64,000 bases of DNA, taken from NCBI GenBank assembly GCA_963834385.1, contig CAWIBO010000002.1, positions 1,152,001 through 1,216,000 of the forward strand. Reading direction: 5' to 3'. Below the pieces are notes generated by a model. That model was not told where the DNA came from, made no database searches, and was given only the letters and a program-made list of their open reading frames with translations. Below are positions 19,395 through 32,428 of this stretch, piece after piece; position 1 is the stretch's first letter; every line of letters starts with the position of its first letter. The position numbers and the translations under genes are program-made. This stretch comes from an uncultured Verrucomicrobiae bacterium. GTDB taxonomy: Bacteria; Verrucomicrobiota; Verrucomicrobiia; Chthoniobacterales; UBA10450.

Positions 19395-20650
19395 TTACTC
19401 TTCCCCGCCATCATCCCCGCCGTCATCGCCACCATCTCCCCGCCGTCATCGTCACCACCGTCGTCACCCCCATCATCATCGCCGCCATCGTCGTCGCCGC
19501 TGTCATCATCCCCGCTGGCGTCGTCCCCGGATTCGTCATCCCCGGCCTCTCCATCACCCTCGTCCTCGCCGTCGTTATCCCCGAGATCGTCATCGCCGTC
19601 CCCATCAAAGTCGCTGCCGGCATCGTCGGATTCATCATCCATGCTTGAATCGTCCTCCGCCGGTGCCACTTCTTCCGCCGCGACTTCCTCCTCCTCGGCG
19701 TCGGTCATCTCGAACGATTCGTCATCGACAAAGTTCCCGGCGTTTTCCATCTCCGCGTCGCTGATTTCCTCGGTGGCCTCCACCTCTTCGTCCGCTTCGA
19801 GTTCAACGGCGGTTTCCGTCTCGCTCCATTCGTAGCTGGTCTCGGTCACGAACTCGCTCTCGGTCGTTTCCCAGGTCTCGACGTAGGTGGTTACCTCCTG
19901 CCATTCGGTTCGCCACGCGCCCGGCACATAATACTGATAGCCGTAGGCGTAACCCTGCAGCTCATCGAGCAGGTAAAGCGCGGCCACCAGGCCGGCCACT
20001 GTCATCGGCGCGTTGGCAATCCGGTCGGCGCGGCGCTGCATTTCCTTCAGCGCGCGCAGCAGCGCCTTGTCCTTGGCGGCCTTCGCTTCCAGGGCCTTTA
20101 GCTGCGCCTGGAAACGCTTTTGCTCGGCCTTCATCTTCTCCAGCTGCGCCTTCTCCTTCGCGGAAAGGGGGCCTCCCTTTTTCTTCCGGGCCGCTTCCTT
20201 GGAAAAATCCGTCCGCAGAACCGTGAGGGCATCGCCCAGCTTCCGGGCGTGGCCGACCACCGCCTTGTTCGTCGATTTCGTCAGGTCCCATGCGATCTTC
20301 ATTTCCCGCATGGCGGTGCGCGCATCACCCACCGCGTCGAAAAAGTCATTGTTCTTCGCCGCCAGGCCTTTTTTGGCGCGCTCCAGGTTCTGCGCCACCT
20401 TTTTGGTCGCGGCCCAGAACGGTTTGTTCTTCGCGGTCTTCGCCTCCAGGGCCTTGTCGGCGCGCGCGGCTTTGATCATGAGCGCGAGCGATTTCTCGGC
20501 ATTGGTCAGGAGCTGGCCGGCCGTCATTTTCTTGCCGCTTTTCTTCCCGGCTGTTTTAGCTGGGGCCGGACTGGGCGCGGCGTGAAGTGACGGGAGGGCC
20601 GGCAACGTGGCGAAAACAACGGCGGTCAATAGAACAAAATGACGAAGCAT
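19395..20650 (-). CDS. Secreted protein with Lys-rich helical domain and Asp/Glu-rich tail (frameshift ~19440)
   Basis: Signal peptide; shifted frame continues GDDGGDDGGEE* to TAA at 19395; terminator follows. Confidence 0.75.
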
Positions 20651-20968
20651 GGGCGAAGTCATGCCGGAGCCCAGCCGTGCCGCACAAGCGATTTTCGTTA
20701 CCGCGTCGTTAATCGGCGCTGGTGCCGTAAAAAACGCCGACCTCGCCATGGGCCTGCGTTGCCGGCGGCGCCTCGATCATGGCCGCGGCGCCGGTCGGCT
20801 TCTCCTCGGCCGGGATCACGCAGGCGGCCAACCCGAGAAGGCAGCCCGCCAGGCCCAGGCAACGGAAGAGCAATTTCATAGCTCTTCCTCGCCCTTCCTT
20901 TCACGCGCTGCAACTCACGGAGGCGATGGCGTTGACACCGGATGACTTGCCGGTCAGTCTTTTCTGAC

Positions 20969-22315
<1,347 letters not shown>

Positions 22316-24202
22316 TTAGGGCGGAACAGTGTTTTTCCTCAGCCGCTCTCGCGCATACTCTAGATTGTTGCGCGCCAGGGTGAAGTCGGGTTTGAGCGCG
22401 AGCGCGCGTTCGCAGGCGGCCACGGCCTTGTCGTGCTCCCTCATCTCGTTGTAAGCCGCGCCGATGTTGTTCCAGGCCTCGGCATAGCCGGGGCGCAGTG
22501 CCAGCGCGCTCTCGCTCGCCGCAATGGATTCAACAAAACGGCCCTCCCGGTAAAGCTGCAGGCTTTGCGCAAGGAAGGATTCCGGCGTGGCCGGTCCGGC
22601 CCGTCGGAGAAGGTCCTGCACGGTCTGGTCGGACGGGCTGAGTTTCGCCGCCTTTTCCAGGAGGGCGCGGGCCTCGGCGGTCCGGCCGTAGGCGAGCAGG
22701 TGACGCGCGTAAAAGGTGTAACTGGAGGGGGCGTCGGGGGCCAGGCGCCGGGCTTCGAGGAAACGGTCCTCCGCTTTCCCTCCCTTCCGGGTGGCGGCCT
22801 CGGCAATGGCGATGTTGATCAAGAGCGTAGGATACCGGGGCGCCAGTTTCAGGGCCCGGTGAAAGTAATCGAGCGCGCCGGCGAAATCGCCCCTGGCCAT
22901 GAGGGTGTTTCCATAATTCATCAGGCCGCGCGGATTGTTCGGGCTTTTCGCCGCCACGTCGCGCCAGAGCGATTCTTCCGTGCGCCAGATCCTGTTGCGT
23001 TTGAAAGTGAACAACGCGCCGGCGAGCAGACAAATGACAACCACTGCCATCGCGGCCGTTCTGGCCTGCCGGCTCTTGTTTTCCAGGAAGCCGTCGAGCA
23101 GCGCGGCCCCGGCCAGGGCCAGCCCGAGGTAGGCCATGAAGGGGCGATGGCTGTTCATGACCTCTGCCAGCGGCGTCAGCGAAGTGGGGAGCAACGCGAG
23201 CAAAAACCAGCCCAGGCCAAAAGCGCCAAGGCGCCCGCGCGGCCTCCGGCTCAGCCAGGCAATGGAAACGACCAGGATGAGAAGGAAGACGAATCCGGCC
23301 CACATCCGCGGATCGTTCGCGCCCTCCAGCGGCCCGAGGTCGTAGTCCGCGGAAAGATCGGCCGGCCAAAGGAAGGTGAGAAAATAGCGCAGGATCACGT
23401 AGGGCTGCGTTTGGAGATAACCGCTCGCGTCGGCGGCGCCCGCCACCCAGGTGCGGGGAGTCATCCAACCGACGAACCCAAGGATGGCGCCGCAAACGAG
23501 GAGAGCCGGCCAGAAGTCGCGCCGCAAAAATTGCCTGAAGCCGCCGGGCTCGATTCGGCGAAAGAGGAACGCGTAGAGAAGAAGAAGAACCGGGAAGATG
23601 GCGGCGGGCGGTTTGGCCAGGATCCCGAGAGCGGCAGGCAGGACGAAAAGGCCGCTCCGGCGCCACCGTGGAGCCATCAGGTAGAGCGCGAATGAAGCCA
23701 GCACGCCGAGAGTGGAAAGGATCTCCGCGGAGGCGATGACGTAGTTCACCGTCTCGGCGTTTGCGGGATGGAGCGCATAAAAACCGGTCGCTGCCAGGGC
23801 AACCCAGCCGGTGTGCGCTGCGGGCACGGTCCTTTGCAGCAGAGCGGCGGTTACCAGAAGGAATAGGGCGACCTGGAGGAGAAAGAGCAGAAAGATGGCG
23901 AGATGAAAGCCGGCCGGATTCAGTCCGCCGGACGCGGCGTGGCAGAGCGCGAGAAAAGTGGAGGTGAGCGGCCGGTAGGATTGGTTGCTCGGGATGGTGC
24001 TGAAGGTGGAGGCGTCCCGAAAAAATTCCGGGATGTTTCGCAGGTCACGGATGGCGGTGTTGTTCTCGATGGTGTGCGCGTCGTCGAAATGAAACGCATT
24101 CTGGAAATGGTTTGCGTAGGCCAGGGCCAGCAGAAGAAGCAGCAGAAAAAAGCCGAGGCGGGGAGGCGAGCCGCGGTCGGCGGCGAGGTCAGGCTGGCTC
24201 AC
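22316..24202 (-). CDS. TMTC-like protein O-mannosyltransferase with TPRs
   Basis: FHFDD, SYRPL, ALHP..E.V.Y, LSADY, C-terminal TPRs. Confidence 0.8.
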   Translation of the reverse strand: MSQPDLAADRGSPPRLGFFLLLLLLALAYANHFQNAFHFDDAHTIENNTAIRDLRNIPEFFRDASTFSTIPSNQSYRPLTSTFLALCHAASGGLNPAGFHLAIFLLFLLQVALFLLVTAALLQRTVPAAHTGWVALAATGFYALHPANAETVNYVIASAEILSTLGVLASFALYLMAPRWRRSGLFVLPAALGILAKPPAAIFPVLLLLYAFLFRRIEPGGFRQFLRRDFWPALLVCGAILGFVGWMTPRTWVAGAADASGYLQTQPYVILRYFLTFLWPADLSADYDLGPLEGANDPRMWAGFVFLLILVVSIAWLSRRPRGRLGAFGLGWFLLALLPTSLTPLAEVMNSHRPFMAYLGLALAGAALLDGFLENKSRQARTAAMAVVVICLLAGALFTFKRNRIWRTEESLWRDVAAKSPNNPRGLMNYGNTLMARGDFAGALDYFHRALKLAPRYPTLLINIAIAEAATRKGGKAEDRFLEARRLAPDAPSSYTFYARHLLAYGRTAEARALLEKAAKLSPSDQTVQDLLRRAGPATPESFLAQSLQLYREGRFVESIAASESALALRPGYAEAWNNIGAAYNEMREHDKAVAACERALALKPDFTLARNNLEYARERLRKNTVPP

Positions 24203-24264
24203 ACGCTATTCTTCCGTGAGAGTCCTGCGGGTCGCAACCGCCGCGGCCCGCCGGTTCCCCCAGC

Positions 24265-24972
24265 ATGATCTCCCTGATTGTTCCCGCCCATAACGAAGAG
24301 TTCGAGCTTCCGGCCACCCTCGCGGCTCTTTTCGCCGCCGGCACCACCAGTGGCGAGGCTTTTGAGGTTATCGTGGCCGACGACGCCTCGACCGACGCGA
24401 CCGCGGCCATCGCCACCGCGGCCGGCGCGCGCGTGGTTCCGCTTGCGCGGCGCCAGATTGCGGCGGCGCGCAACGCCGGGGCGCGGGCCGCCCAAGGCGA
24501 CATCTTTTTCTTTGTCGATGCCGATACGCACATCGCGCCGGTCCATCTCCGGGAAGGGCTGGCCGCGCTGGGGGAAGGATACGCCGGCGGCGGCGCCCTG
24601 GTCGATTTTCACGGCGAGATCCCGCGCTGGGCGCAAAGGCTTCTCGTCCTCTTCACCGCCATTTATTTTCGGCTCTTCAACCTCGGCGCCGGCGCTTTCC
24701 TCTTCACGAGCCGGGCGAACTACGAGGCCACCGGCGGTTTCGACGAGCGCCATTTTGCCGGCGAGGAGGTTTACTTCAGCCAGGCCTTGAAGAAGCTCGG
24801 TCGCTTCAAGGTGCTGGCCGCGCCGGTCCTGACGTCGGGGCGCAAACTTCGAATGCATTCCGGCCAGCGGATCTTCTGGCAGTCGCTGCCGCTTATCTTC
24901 CTGGGCCCGCTCGTGACCCGTTCCCGGCGCGGCCTCGCGCTCTGGTACGATGGCCGGCGGGAAACGCGCTGA
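24265..24972 (+). CDS. Glycosyltransferase family 2
   Basis: IVPAHNEE, DDASTD, ARNAG, FVDAD. Confidence 0.9.
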   Translation: MISLIVPAHNEEFELPATLAALFAAGTTSGEAFEVIVADDASTDATAAIATAAGARVVPLARRQIAAARNAGARAAQGDIFFFVDADTHIAPVHLREGLAALGEGYAGGGALVDFHGEIPRWAQRLLVLFTAIYFRLFNLGAGAFLFTSRANYEATGGFDERHFAGEEVYFSQALKKLGRFKVLAAPVLTSGRKLRMHSGQRIFWQSLPLIFLGPLVTRSRRGLALWYDGRRETR

Positions 24973-25095
24973 GCAGCCCGGCGCGCCTTTGGGCAGGCGA
25001 ATTTCCAGTTCTTGATCCGTCCCGGCCGGTCCTCTTGCGAAAACGGAGCAGCCAGCCGCAGCGTTCCCCGGCCGGGGATCACTCGGCGCGAAAGA

Positions 25096-25539
25096 ATGAG
25101 CACCGAGATCAAGATCTGGCGGGCGGGCACGGCGGCGGAAATTGCGCGCTGTTTTGCCGTCATGCGGGAACTCCGTCCCCACGTGACGACGGAGGAGGAG
25201 TTCCATAAGCGGGTGAGCCGCCAGCAGGGCGAGGGTTACGAGGTCGCGGCCTTGAGCGCGGAGGGAGAGGTCAGGGCCCTGGCCGGGTTCCGCGTGATCG
25301 AGATGCTTTTTTCCGGCCGGCACCTTTACGTGGACGACCTGGTCACGCGCGAAACGGATCGATCGGCGGGCTACGGCGGCGCTCTCTTCGACTGGTTGGT
25401 GGCGGAAGGAGAACGGCGGGGCTGCGCCACCCTCGAGCTGGATTCCGGGGTGCAGCGTTTCGATGCGCACCGGTTCTATTTTAAGAAGCGTATGAAAATT
25501 GCCTCCTATCATTTCAGCCTCCCGCTGCCGACGCCATGA
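25096..25539 (+). CDS. GNAT acetyltransferase
   Basis: YVDDLVT..RSAGYG, LDSGVQRFDAHRFY. Confidence 0.9.
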   Translation: MSTEIKIWRAGTAAEIARCFAVMRELRPHVTTEEEFHKRVSRQQGEGYEVAALSAEGEVRALAGFRVIEMLFSGRHLYVDDLVTRETDRSAGYGGALFDWLVAEGERRGCATLELDSGVQRFDAHRFYFKKRMKIASYHFSLPLPTP

Positions 25540-25865
25540 GGAAACCCGTTGGACCCCGCGTGACCATCGCTCCCGGGATTGAACGCGAGACGCTGGTCCA
25601 TGGCGGCCAGATGTATCAGATGCGAGCACGGCTCGCTTCCGGAAGCGTGCTGCCCGTTCACCATCATCCGCAGGAGCAGATCGTCCATCTTCTGAAGGGA
25701 CGGCTGCGGCTGACGGCGGCCGGCGTCACGCATGAACTGGAGGCGGGCGATTCCTTTTATCTGGCGGCGAACGTCCCGCATGGCGTGGAAACGCTGGAAG
25801 CGAGCGAAGTGCTCGACACCTTCAGCCCGCCCCGGGACGATTACCTCGCGGCGGACAAAGCGTGA
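25536..25865 (+). CDS. Cupin domain protein
   Basis: HHHPQEQ, NVPHG, DTFSPPR. Confidence 0.9.
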   Translation: MRKPVGPRVTIAPGIERETLVHGGQMYQMRARLASGSVLPVHHHPQEQIVHLLKGRLRLTAAGVTHELEAGDSFYLAANVPHGVETLEASEVLDTFSPPRDDYLAADKA

Positions 25866-25874
25866 TCCCCGCCC

Positions 25875-26223
25875 GGTAGGGCGAGACTCCGTCGAGCCTG
25901 GGAGAAGGCTTCGCCTCCCGGAGGGACCTGCTTCCGCAGGTCCATGGACGAGCAAAAGCTCGTCCCTCCGCAGAAGAGCAGGATTAACAGGAGGGACAGG
26001 ATTGAGGGCAAAGGTGGCGGCGCGCCCCATGATGGCGGGCGCGTGCTCCCAGGCTCGACGGAGTCTCGCCCCACCGGGAAGCGCCCCCGCCTGCTTTCAC
26101 GCTCTCCCACACTCCTGCTCATGCTCTTGATCCTGCTCCTGATCCTCCGAACCCCGAACCGAACCCGAACCCCGAACTCGAATAACCAATAACCGACCAC
26201 CCGCTTCCCACCGTTCACGATTC
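25875..26223. repeat. Composite REPIN array (GTAG REP pair enclosing GGAG REP pair, then 6/7-mer modules)
   Basis: Inverted REPs 25875-25899 and 26051-26075; colinear with 29025-29376 and 32853-33130. Confidence 0.9.
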
Positions 26224-26391
26224 CCCCCGGGGGGAATTGGCGTTCCGCCGATTGACTTGATGCAAGTAATTCGGTTAGTGGAGATTACGACGGCCTGCGG
26301 CTCTGCAGGCGAACCGGGCGAAAAAGAAGCGCGGCCTACCCAGAGTGACCCTTGCCAAGTCGCATTCTTCCGCTACCTTCCCCGCTTCATT

Positions 26392-26655
26392 ATGGCAGAA
26401 AGCAGCGAAGCGATTGACCTGAAGGAGTTCCAGCTCCACGAGAAAGATACCGGCAGTGCGGACGTGCAAGTCGCCCTCCTGACCCGGCGCATCTCGCAGC
26501 TGACCGAACACCTGAAGAGCAACGCCAAGGATCATTCCTCGCGTCGCGGCCTCCTCAAGATGGTGGCGCAGCGCCGGAGCCTGCTCGATTACCTGAGCAG
26601 GTCGAAGTCCGAGCGGTATAAAAGCCTGCTCGAGAAGCTGAACCTGCGGAAATAA
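26392..26655 (+). CDS. rpsO: 30S ribosomal protein S15
   Basis: [26 protein letters not shown]. Confidence 0.97.
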   Translation: MAESSEAIDLKEFQLHEKDTGSADVQVALLTRRISQLTEHLKSNAKDHSSRRGLLKMVAQRRSLLDYLSRSKSERYKSLLEKLNLRK

Positions 26656-26741
26656 TTCCGCAGGCGATCCGCGGCGGTAACCGTCGCTTCCCTTGCCCGA
26701 TGTCGTGATGATCAACCCACATCAATAATCACGGCAGCCTG

Positions 26742-26821
26742 GGCCGACCAACCACCTCTGATTTGAGGTTTTAGCCCCGAAGACAAGACGGGGTTAAAAC
26801 CTACAATCAGGGTGACCGGCC
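26742..26821 (+). promoter_or_regulatory. Long stem-loop in pnp leader (likely RNase III site)
   Basis: ctgatt-tg-aggttttagccccg / cggggttaaaacct-ac-aatcag. Confidence 0.6.
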
Positions 26822-26851
26822 TGGAGCTACCGCACCTCAGGAGCTCTTAGT

Positions 26852-29020
26852 ATGCAACACAAGGTCACTGCCCAGATCGGGGCCGCCCCCATCACCATCG
26901 AAACCGGCAAGATTGCCAAACTCGCCGACGGCGCCGTCGTCGTTTCCTACGGCGACACCATGGTCATGACGAGCGCGGTTTCTGCCACCGCCGTCAAGGA
27001 AGGGCAGGACTGGTTCCCGCTCACCGTCGATTATCGCGAGAAAGCCGCCGCGGTCGGCAAATTCCCCGGCGGCTACTTCAAGCGCGAAGGCCGCCCTTCG
27101 GAAAAGGAGACGCTGACTTCGCGCATGACGGATCGCCCCCTGCGCCCGCTCTTCCCGGCCGGCTATCTCTACGACACCCAGATCATCAGCATGCTCCTGA
27201 GCGCGGACGGCCAGAACGATCCTGATATTCTCGCCATCAATGGCGCTTCCGCCGCCCTTTGCGTCTCCGACATCCCGTTCGCCGGCCCGGTGGGCGCGGT
27301 CCGCGTCGGCCGTGTGAACAATGAATTCGTGGTTAACCCGACGCACGACCAGCGTCTCGAGAGCGATCTGGACCTTGTTTATGTCGGCACGGAAAACGAT
27401 GTCATCATGATCGAAGGCTCGGCGCACGAGATGCCCGAGGAGGATTTCCTCAAGGCGCTTGAGTTCGCCCATGGCCATGCCCGCGAAATGATCCGCGCGC
27501 AGAAGGAGCTCGCCGCCGCCGTTGGCAAGACGAAGCGCGAGATGCCCCTCTTCGCCGTCGAGCAAAGTATCATGGAGATCGCCTACCAGGTTGCCGGCGA
27601 CAGGATCGAGGGCGCTCTTTATACCGAGGGCAAGGTGGCCCGCTCCAAGGCGGTCAACGCCCTCAAGGAGGAAGTGAAAGCCGCCGTCCTGGCCAAACAC
27701 CCAGAGGCGGACAAATTCGCCATCTCCCAGGCCTTTGATTACGTGCAGAAAAAGGCGTTCCGCATCAGCGTGCTCGACCGGCAGAAACGCATGGATGGCC
27801 GCGGCACCGATGAGCTGCGCAAGATCACCTGCGAAGTGGGCGTGCTCCCGCGTGCGCACGGTTCCGCCATCTTCCAGCGCGGCGAGACGCAGGCTCTCGC
27901 CCTCGCCACCCTCGCCCCGATCGAGGAAGCGCAGATGATCGACGCCTACGGCGGCGGCTTGAACTCGAAGAGCTTTATCCTCCACTACAATTTCCCGCCC
28001 TTCAGCGTGGGCGAGACCGGCCGCACCGGTGGCGCCAGCCGCCGCGAGATCGGCCACGGCGCCCTGGCCGAGCGTTCCCTCGAGCCCGTTGTGCCCAGCG
28101 TGGAGAATTTCCGCTATGCCGTCCGCATCTCGAGCGAGGTCATGGAATCAAACGGTTCCACCTCCATGGCCAGCGTCTGCGGCGGCATGCTTGCCCTCAT
28201 GGATGCCGGTGTCCCGATCAAGACCCCCGTGGCCGGCATTTCCGTCGGCCTCGTGACCGAGTTCGATGATAACCGGAACATGAAGCGCTACACGCTGCTC
28301 ACGGACATCATCGGCTCCGAAGATCATTTCGGCGATATGGATTACAAGCTTTGCGGGACGGAGAACGGCATCACCGGCTTCCAGCTCGACCTGAAGCTGC
28401 CCGGCGTCACGCACCAGATCATGACCGAAGCCACCTTCCGCGCCCGCGACGCGCGCAAGAAGATCCTCGGCATCATGGCGGAAGCGCTCGACAAGCCGCG
28501 CACCGAGCTGAGCAAATACGCGCCGCGCATCGAGACGGTTAAGATCAACCCCGACAAGATCGGCGCGCTCATCGGGCCCGGCGGCAAGACGATCAAGGGC
28601 ATCGTGGCCGAGACCGGCGCCGATATTAACATCGATGACGACGGTTCCGTGCACATCTACGCCACCAGTGGCGAGTCGATGGCGCGCGCCAAGGAAATCA
28701 TCGGCGGCATGACCAAGGAGATCGAGGTCGGCCAGACCTACCAGGGCCGCGTCGTCTCGATCAAGGAGTTCGGCGCGTTCGTGGAAGTGTTCCCGGGCAA
28801 GGATGGTCTGGTGCACATTTCCGAATTGGCCGACTTCCGCGTCAATCGCACGGAAGACGTGGCCAAGATGGGCGACGTCATCTGGGTCAAGTGCATCGGG
28901 ATCGATGACAAGGGCCGCGTGAAACTCTCGCGTAAAGCCGCGCTCAAGGAGCGGGCTGAAGCTGAGACCGGCGCGCCCAAAGGCGAACCGGCCATGGCTG
29001 GCGACGGCGCGCAGCGCTAG
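26852..29020 (+). CDS. pnp: Polynucleotide phosphorylase
   Basis: [28 protein letters not shown] and S1 domains. Confidence 0.98.
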   Translation: MQHKVTAQIGAAPITIETGKIAKLADGAVVVSYGDTMVMTSAVSATAVKEGQDWFPLTVDYREKAAAVGKFPGGYFKREGRPSEKETLTSRMTDRPLRPLFPAGYLYDTQIISMLLSADGQNDPDILAINGASAALCVSDIPFAGPVGAVRVGRVNNEFVVNPTHDQRLESDLDLVYVGTENDVIMIEGSAHEMPEEDFLKALEFAHGHAREMIRAQKELAAAVGKTKREMPLFAVEQSIMEIAYQVAGDRIEGALYTEGKVARSKAVNALKEEVKAAVLAKHPEADKFAISQAFDYVQKKAFRISVLDRQKRMDGRGTDELRKITCEVGVLPRAHGSAIFQRGETQALALATLAPIEEAQMIDAYGGGLNSKSFILHYNFPPFSVGETGRTGGASRREIGHGALAERSLEPVVPSVENFRYAVRISSEVMESNGSTSMASVCGGMLALMDAGVPIKTPVAGISVGLVTEFDDNRNMKRYTLLTDIIGSEDHFGDMDYKLCGTENGITGFQLDLKLPGVTHQIMTEATFRARDARKKILGIMAEALDKPRTELSKYAPRIETVKINPDKIGALIGPGGKTIKGIVAETGADINIDDDGSVHIYATSGESMARAKEIIGGMTKEIEVGQTYQGRVVSIKEFGAFVEVFPGKDGLVHISELADFRVNRTEDVAKMGDVIWVKCIGIDDKGRVKLSRKAALKERAEAETGAPKGEPAMAGDGAQR

Positions 29021-29024
29021 ACCC

Positions 29025-29376
29025 GGTAGGGCGAGACTCCGTCGAGCCTGGGGAGCGCCTCGCCTCCGGAGGGACCTGCTTCCGCAGGTCCATGGACGAG
29101 CAGAAGCTCGTCCCTCCGCAGAAGACAGGATTAACGCGAGCGACAGGATTTTGAAGGCCAGGGCGTGACCCGTCTTTGATGGCGGCGCTGCGTCTCAGAT
29201 GGTGGCGGCGCGTGCTCCCAGGCTCGACAGAGTCTCGCCCCACCGGGGGAAGCGGCCGCGCCCGCCATCCACGCTCCCTCAAACTCCTGCTCATGCTCTT
29301 GATCTTGCTCCTGATCCCTCCGAACCCCGAACCCTCCAACAACCAACCACCCCCGCTTCCGACCATCCACGATTCA
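29025..29376. repeat. Composite REPIN array
   Basis: REPs 29025-29049 and 29220-29244; nested GGAG pair 29068-29117. Confidence 0.9.
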
Positions 29377-29387
29377 ATCCCTAATTC

Positions 29388-31125
29388 TCACGTCTTCCGA
29401 ACCACTCCGTCCCGGCGCACCATCTTGCCACGCATGCTCCCCTTGCCGTAACGCTTGAGGAACCGCTGCTCGCCTTCGCTGGTCGAGATCAGGATCAAAT
29501 CCGCCCCGGCCGGCAGCCGCGTTTCCGGCGTCGGGTTCATGTAAAGCTGGTCGCCCTGGCGCAGGGCGACGACGTGACATTGCGTATGCCGGGCAATGGC
29601 CGCTTCCGCGAGGGTCTTGCCCGCCAGCGGCGCCGGCATCTCGATCTCGGACACGTGCAGGCCCTCGGCAATGACCAGGATGTCAGTCCGGCGCAGCACG
29701 TTGAAAATGGTGGTCGCCCCCATGGAGGCATAGGAAAGAACAAAGTCGGCGCCTGCCCGGTGCAGGGTGGCCACGTTTCGTTCCAGCGTGGTCCGGCTGA
29801 TGATCTGCACGTCCGGGCGAAGCTTCCGGCAATACAGGGTCAGGTAGATGTTGGTGTCGTCGTCATGCGTGGTGATGACAATGGCGGGGGTGTCGCGCAG
29901 ACCGGCCCGCTCGAGTGTGGCCAGGTCGGCCGCGCTCCCATGAATGTATTTCTCGTTGAGGATCCGCTCCTTCTTCGTCTCGACGAAGCGGTAATCGACC
30001 TCCCTTTCCTCCAGCGCCCGTGCGGTCGCGCGCCCGACCCGGCCGCCCCCGATGATCAGCGCCGGGTTGGCGCTCACGTGATAAATGCAGAACAACTCGT
30101 CGTAGGCGCGTAGATGGTCGGCCGAGCCGGCCAGGACGAGGACCGAGTTCGACTCGATCAAGGTGCTGGCGGCGGCGAGCTCGAAAGTCCCGCGTTTCCA
30201 AAGCCCGACAATGGTCAGGCCGGTGCTTTCCCGCAGGTTGGTCTCGGCGATCGTCTTTCCCACCAGGGGTGTGCCCGCCGCAGTCGCCTCCGCGATCAAC
30301 ACCTCCTGCAACTGGCCGATTACATGGGCGCGGGCGTCGACCCCGGTGATGCGACGGGCCAGCGCCTGGCCCATCATCTCCGGGAGCTGGATCACCTTTG
30401 AACTCCCCGCCAGGTGCAAAATATCGACCGAGTCGGCCGAGCTCGCGGTCACCACCACCGGCACCTCGGCGCTCAGCTCGCGCGCGGTGAAGGCGACGTT
30501 CGTGTTCACCACATCGCGAGCCGGTCGCGGCCACCATGGCGGCATGCTCCACCCGGGCCAGTTGATAGGTCTTTAAGCGGTCGATCTCGCCGAAGACAAC
30601 CTTGATCCCGAGATCATACAGCCGCAGCGCCTCCTCCAGGTCGCTCACGATGAGCGCGTATTTGTAGCCGTAACGTTTCAGGCGATCAATCAGGCCGATC
30701 GAGACCGGATCGTAGTTGGTCAAAATGATGTGCCCGCTGGTGTTCTCCGGGAGCTGGCGCGGCGCCCGGGCCTCCGATTGTGCCCGCATCCACGGGGCGT
30801 AAAAGAACTCGATAAAGGTGAAGGGAAGAAGCATCAGAAGGAAAACCATGCCCGAGACGAGGACGACCATGGAAAAAATCCGGCCCAGGTCGCTCGTGAA
30901 GGTGATATCGCCAAAGCCGAGCGTGCTCATGACCGTGAGCGTCCAGTAAAAGCCGGTTACCCAGCTATGCCGCTGGCCTTCCTCCAGCATGATGATGTGG
31001 AAGAGGACGCTATAGACGGTGACCAGCCCGCCAAGCACGGCAAAGAACCGGAGCAGCAGCCGGATGTTGCGCCGCGTAGGCGCGGTCCGAAGGAAAAAAG
31101 TGAGCTCGGAAGTAAAGAACTTCAT
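29388..31125 (-). CDS. Potassium channel with tandem RCK (TrkA-N/C) domains (frameshift ~30516)
   Basis: TVMSTLGFGD pore; GGGRVG RCK; two frames join. Confidence 0.85.
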
Positions 31126-31240
31126 GTCCGCGCCCTGGCCGAGAAAGTCATCTGGAGGAGACCCTAGGGAAAAAGTGGGCGGTCTGCACGCCACAGATTT
31201 TCCCTCTGCGGGATAGGCCGCCCCGTCTTAAGGTGTGCCC

Positions 31241-32428
31241 ATGAAATCCGGTTTCCTCGACAAGCTGATCGGACGGCTTGGCCGGATCGATCCGGAGGAG
31301 GTGCAGAATTACCTGCTCCGCCTGGCCCAGGAAAAGGGCCTGATCGAGACGGTCTTCAACGCCATCCAGGAGGGAATCATCGTGACCGATTCCGCCGGCC
31401 GGATCACCTATCTGAACGACGCCGCCTGCGAGCTGTTTGCCCTCGACGGCGAGAAAGCGGTGGGCGAGCCGCTGGAGGAAAAGGTCCGGGGGCTCGACTG
31501 GAAATCGCTCACCCGCAGCGGCGGCCCCATCACCCGTGACCTCGAGATTTTTTACCCGGCCAATCGGTTCATCAATTTCTACATCGTTCCGCTGATGATC
31601 GAGCGCCGGAGCGCGCCTGACGGCGCCGGCGAGTCGAGCGACCGGGTCGGCTACGCCATTATCCTGCGTGATTTCACCGAAACCCGGCGCACCGCCGAAA
31701 AAGCGATCGAGAGCGAGCGGCTCAACGCCCTGACCCTGCTCGCCGCGGGGGTGGCCCACGAAATCGGCAACCCGCTTAATTCCCTCAATATCCATCTGCA
31801 GCTCATGGAACGGGAAACGCGCAAACTGAAGGGCAAGACCCGCGCGACCCTCGAGGAATCGATCAAGGTGGCGCGGGGCGAGATCGACCGGCTCGATTCC
31901 ATCGTGACCCAGTTTTTGCGCGCCATCCGGCCGTCGCGTCCCCTGCTCCAACCCCAGAACATCAACGGGGTCGTGGAGGAAACGGTGCGCTTTTTCGCCC
32001 CCGAGATCGAGGCGCGCGGCCTCCTCGTCGAGACCGAGCTGCGCTCGGACCTCCCGTTGCTCCAGGTCGATCGCGACCAGATGAAGCAGGCTTTCTATAA
32101 CGTGATCAAGAACAGTTTCGAGGCCATGAAACGGGGCGGGCTGCTGCGCGTTCGGACGGATATGGACGAGAAACATGTCCTGGTCAGTTTTATCGATAAC
32201 GGAAGCGGGATGTCCGCCGAGTCGCTCAGCCGCGTTTTTGAGCCTTACTACACAACCAAGGTGAGCGGGACCGGTCTCGGCCTGCTAATCGTCCGGCGAA
32301 TCGTGCGCGAACATGGCGGTGAACTCGCCATCGAGAGTTCGGAGGGCCAGGGTTTCACTCTCACCCTGCGCCTCCCCATGGCCGAACAGCGGGTCCGGAT
32401 GCTCGAGGCCGGAAGTAGAACGAATTAG
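31241..32428 (+). CDS. PAS sensor histidine kinase (NtrB-like)
   Basis: AHEIGNPL, DNGSG, FEPYYTTK, GTGLGL. Confidence 0.93.
   Translation: MKSGFLDKLIGRLGRIDPEEVQNYLLRLAQEKGLIETVFNAIQEGIIVTDSAGRITYLNDAACELFALDGEKAVGEPLEEKVRGLDWKSLTRSGGPITRDLEIFYPANRFINFYIVPLMIERRSAPDGAGESSDRVGYAIILRDFTETRRTAEKAIESERLNALTLLAAGVAHEIGNPLNSLNIHLQLMERETRKLKGKTRATLEESIKVARGEIDRLDSIVTQFLRAIRPSRPLLQPQNINGVVEETVRFFAPEIEARGLLVETELRSDLPLLQVDRDQMKQAFYNVIKNSFEAMKRGGLLRVRTDMDEKHVLVSFIDNGSGMSAESLSRVFEPYYTTKVSGTGLGLLIVRRIVREHGGELAIESSEGQGFTLTLRLPMAEQRVRMLEAGSRTN

Noticed and set aside
18623..20749. 708-aa ORF as listed
   Set aside because: C-terminal part is read-through across a terminator and antisense to 18776-19270; true stop is likely 19395
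25841..26218. ORFs within repeat arrays (also 28944-29451, 32912-33116, 40589-40939, 42057-42496, 51188-51403)
   Set aside because: Translations of repeat modules with no protein-like features
25875..29376. Composite transposon carrying rpsO-pnp
   Set aside because: Core genes in canonical order, no transposase; flanks are dispersed repeats
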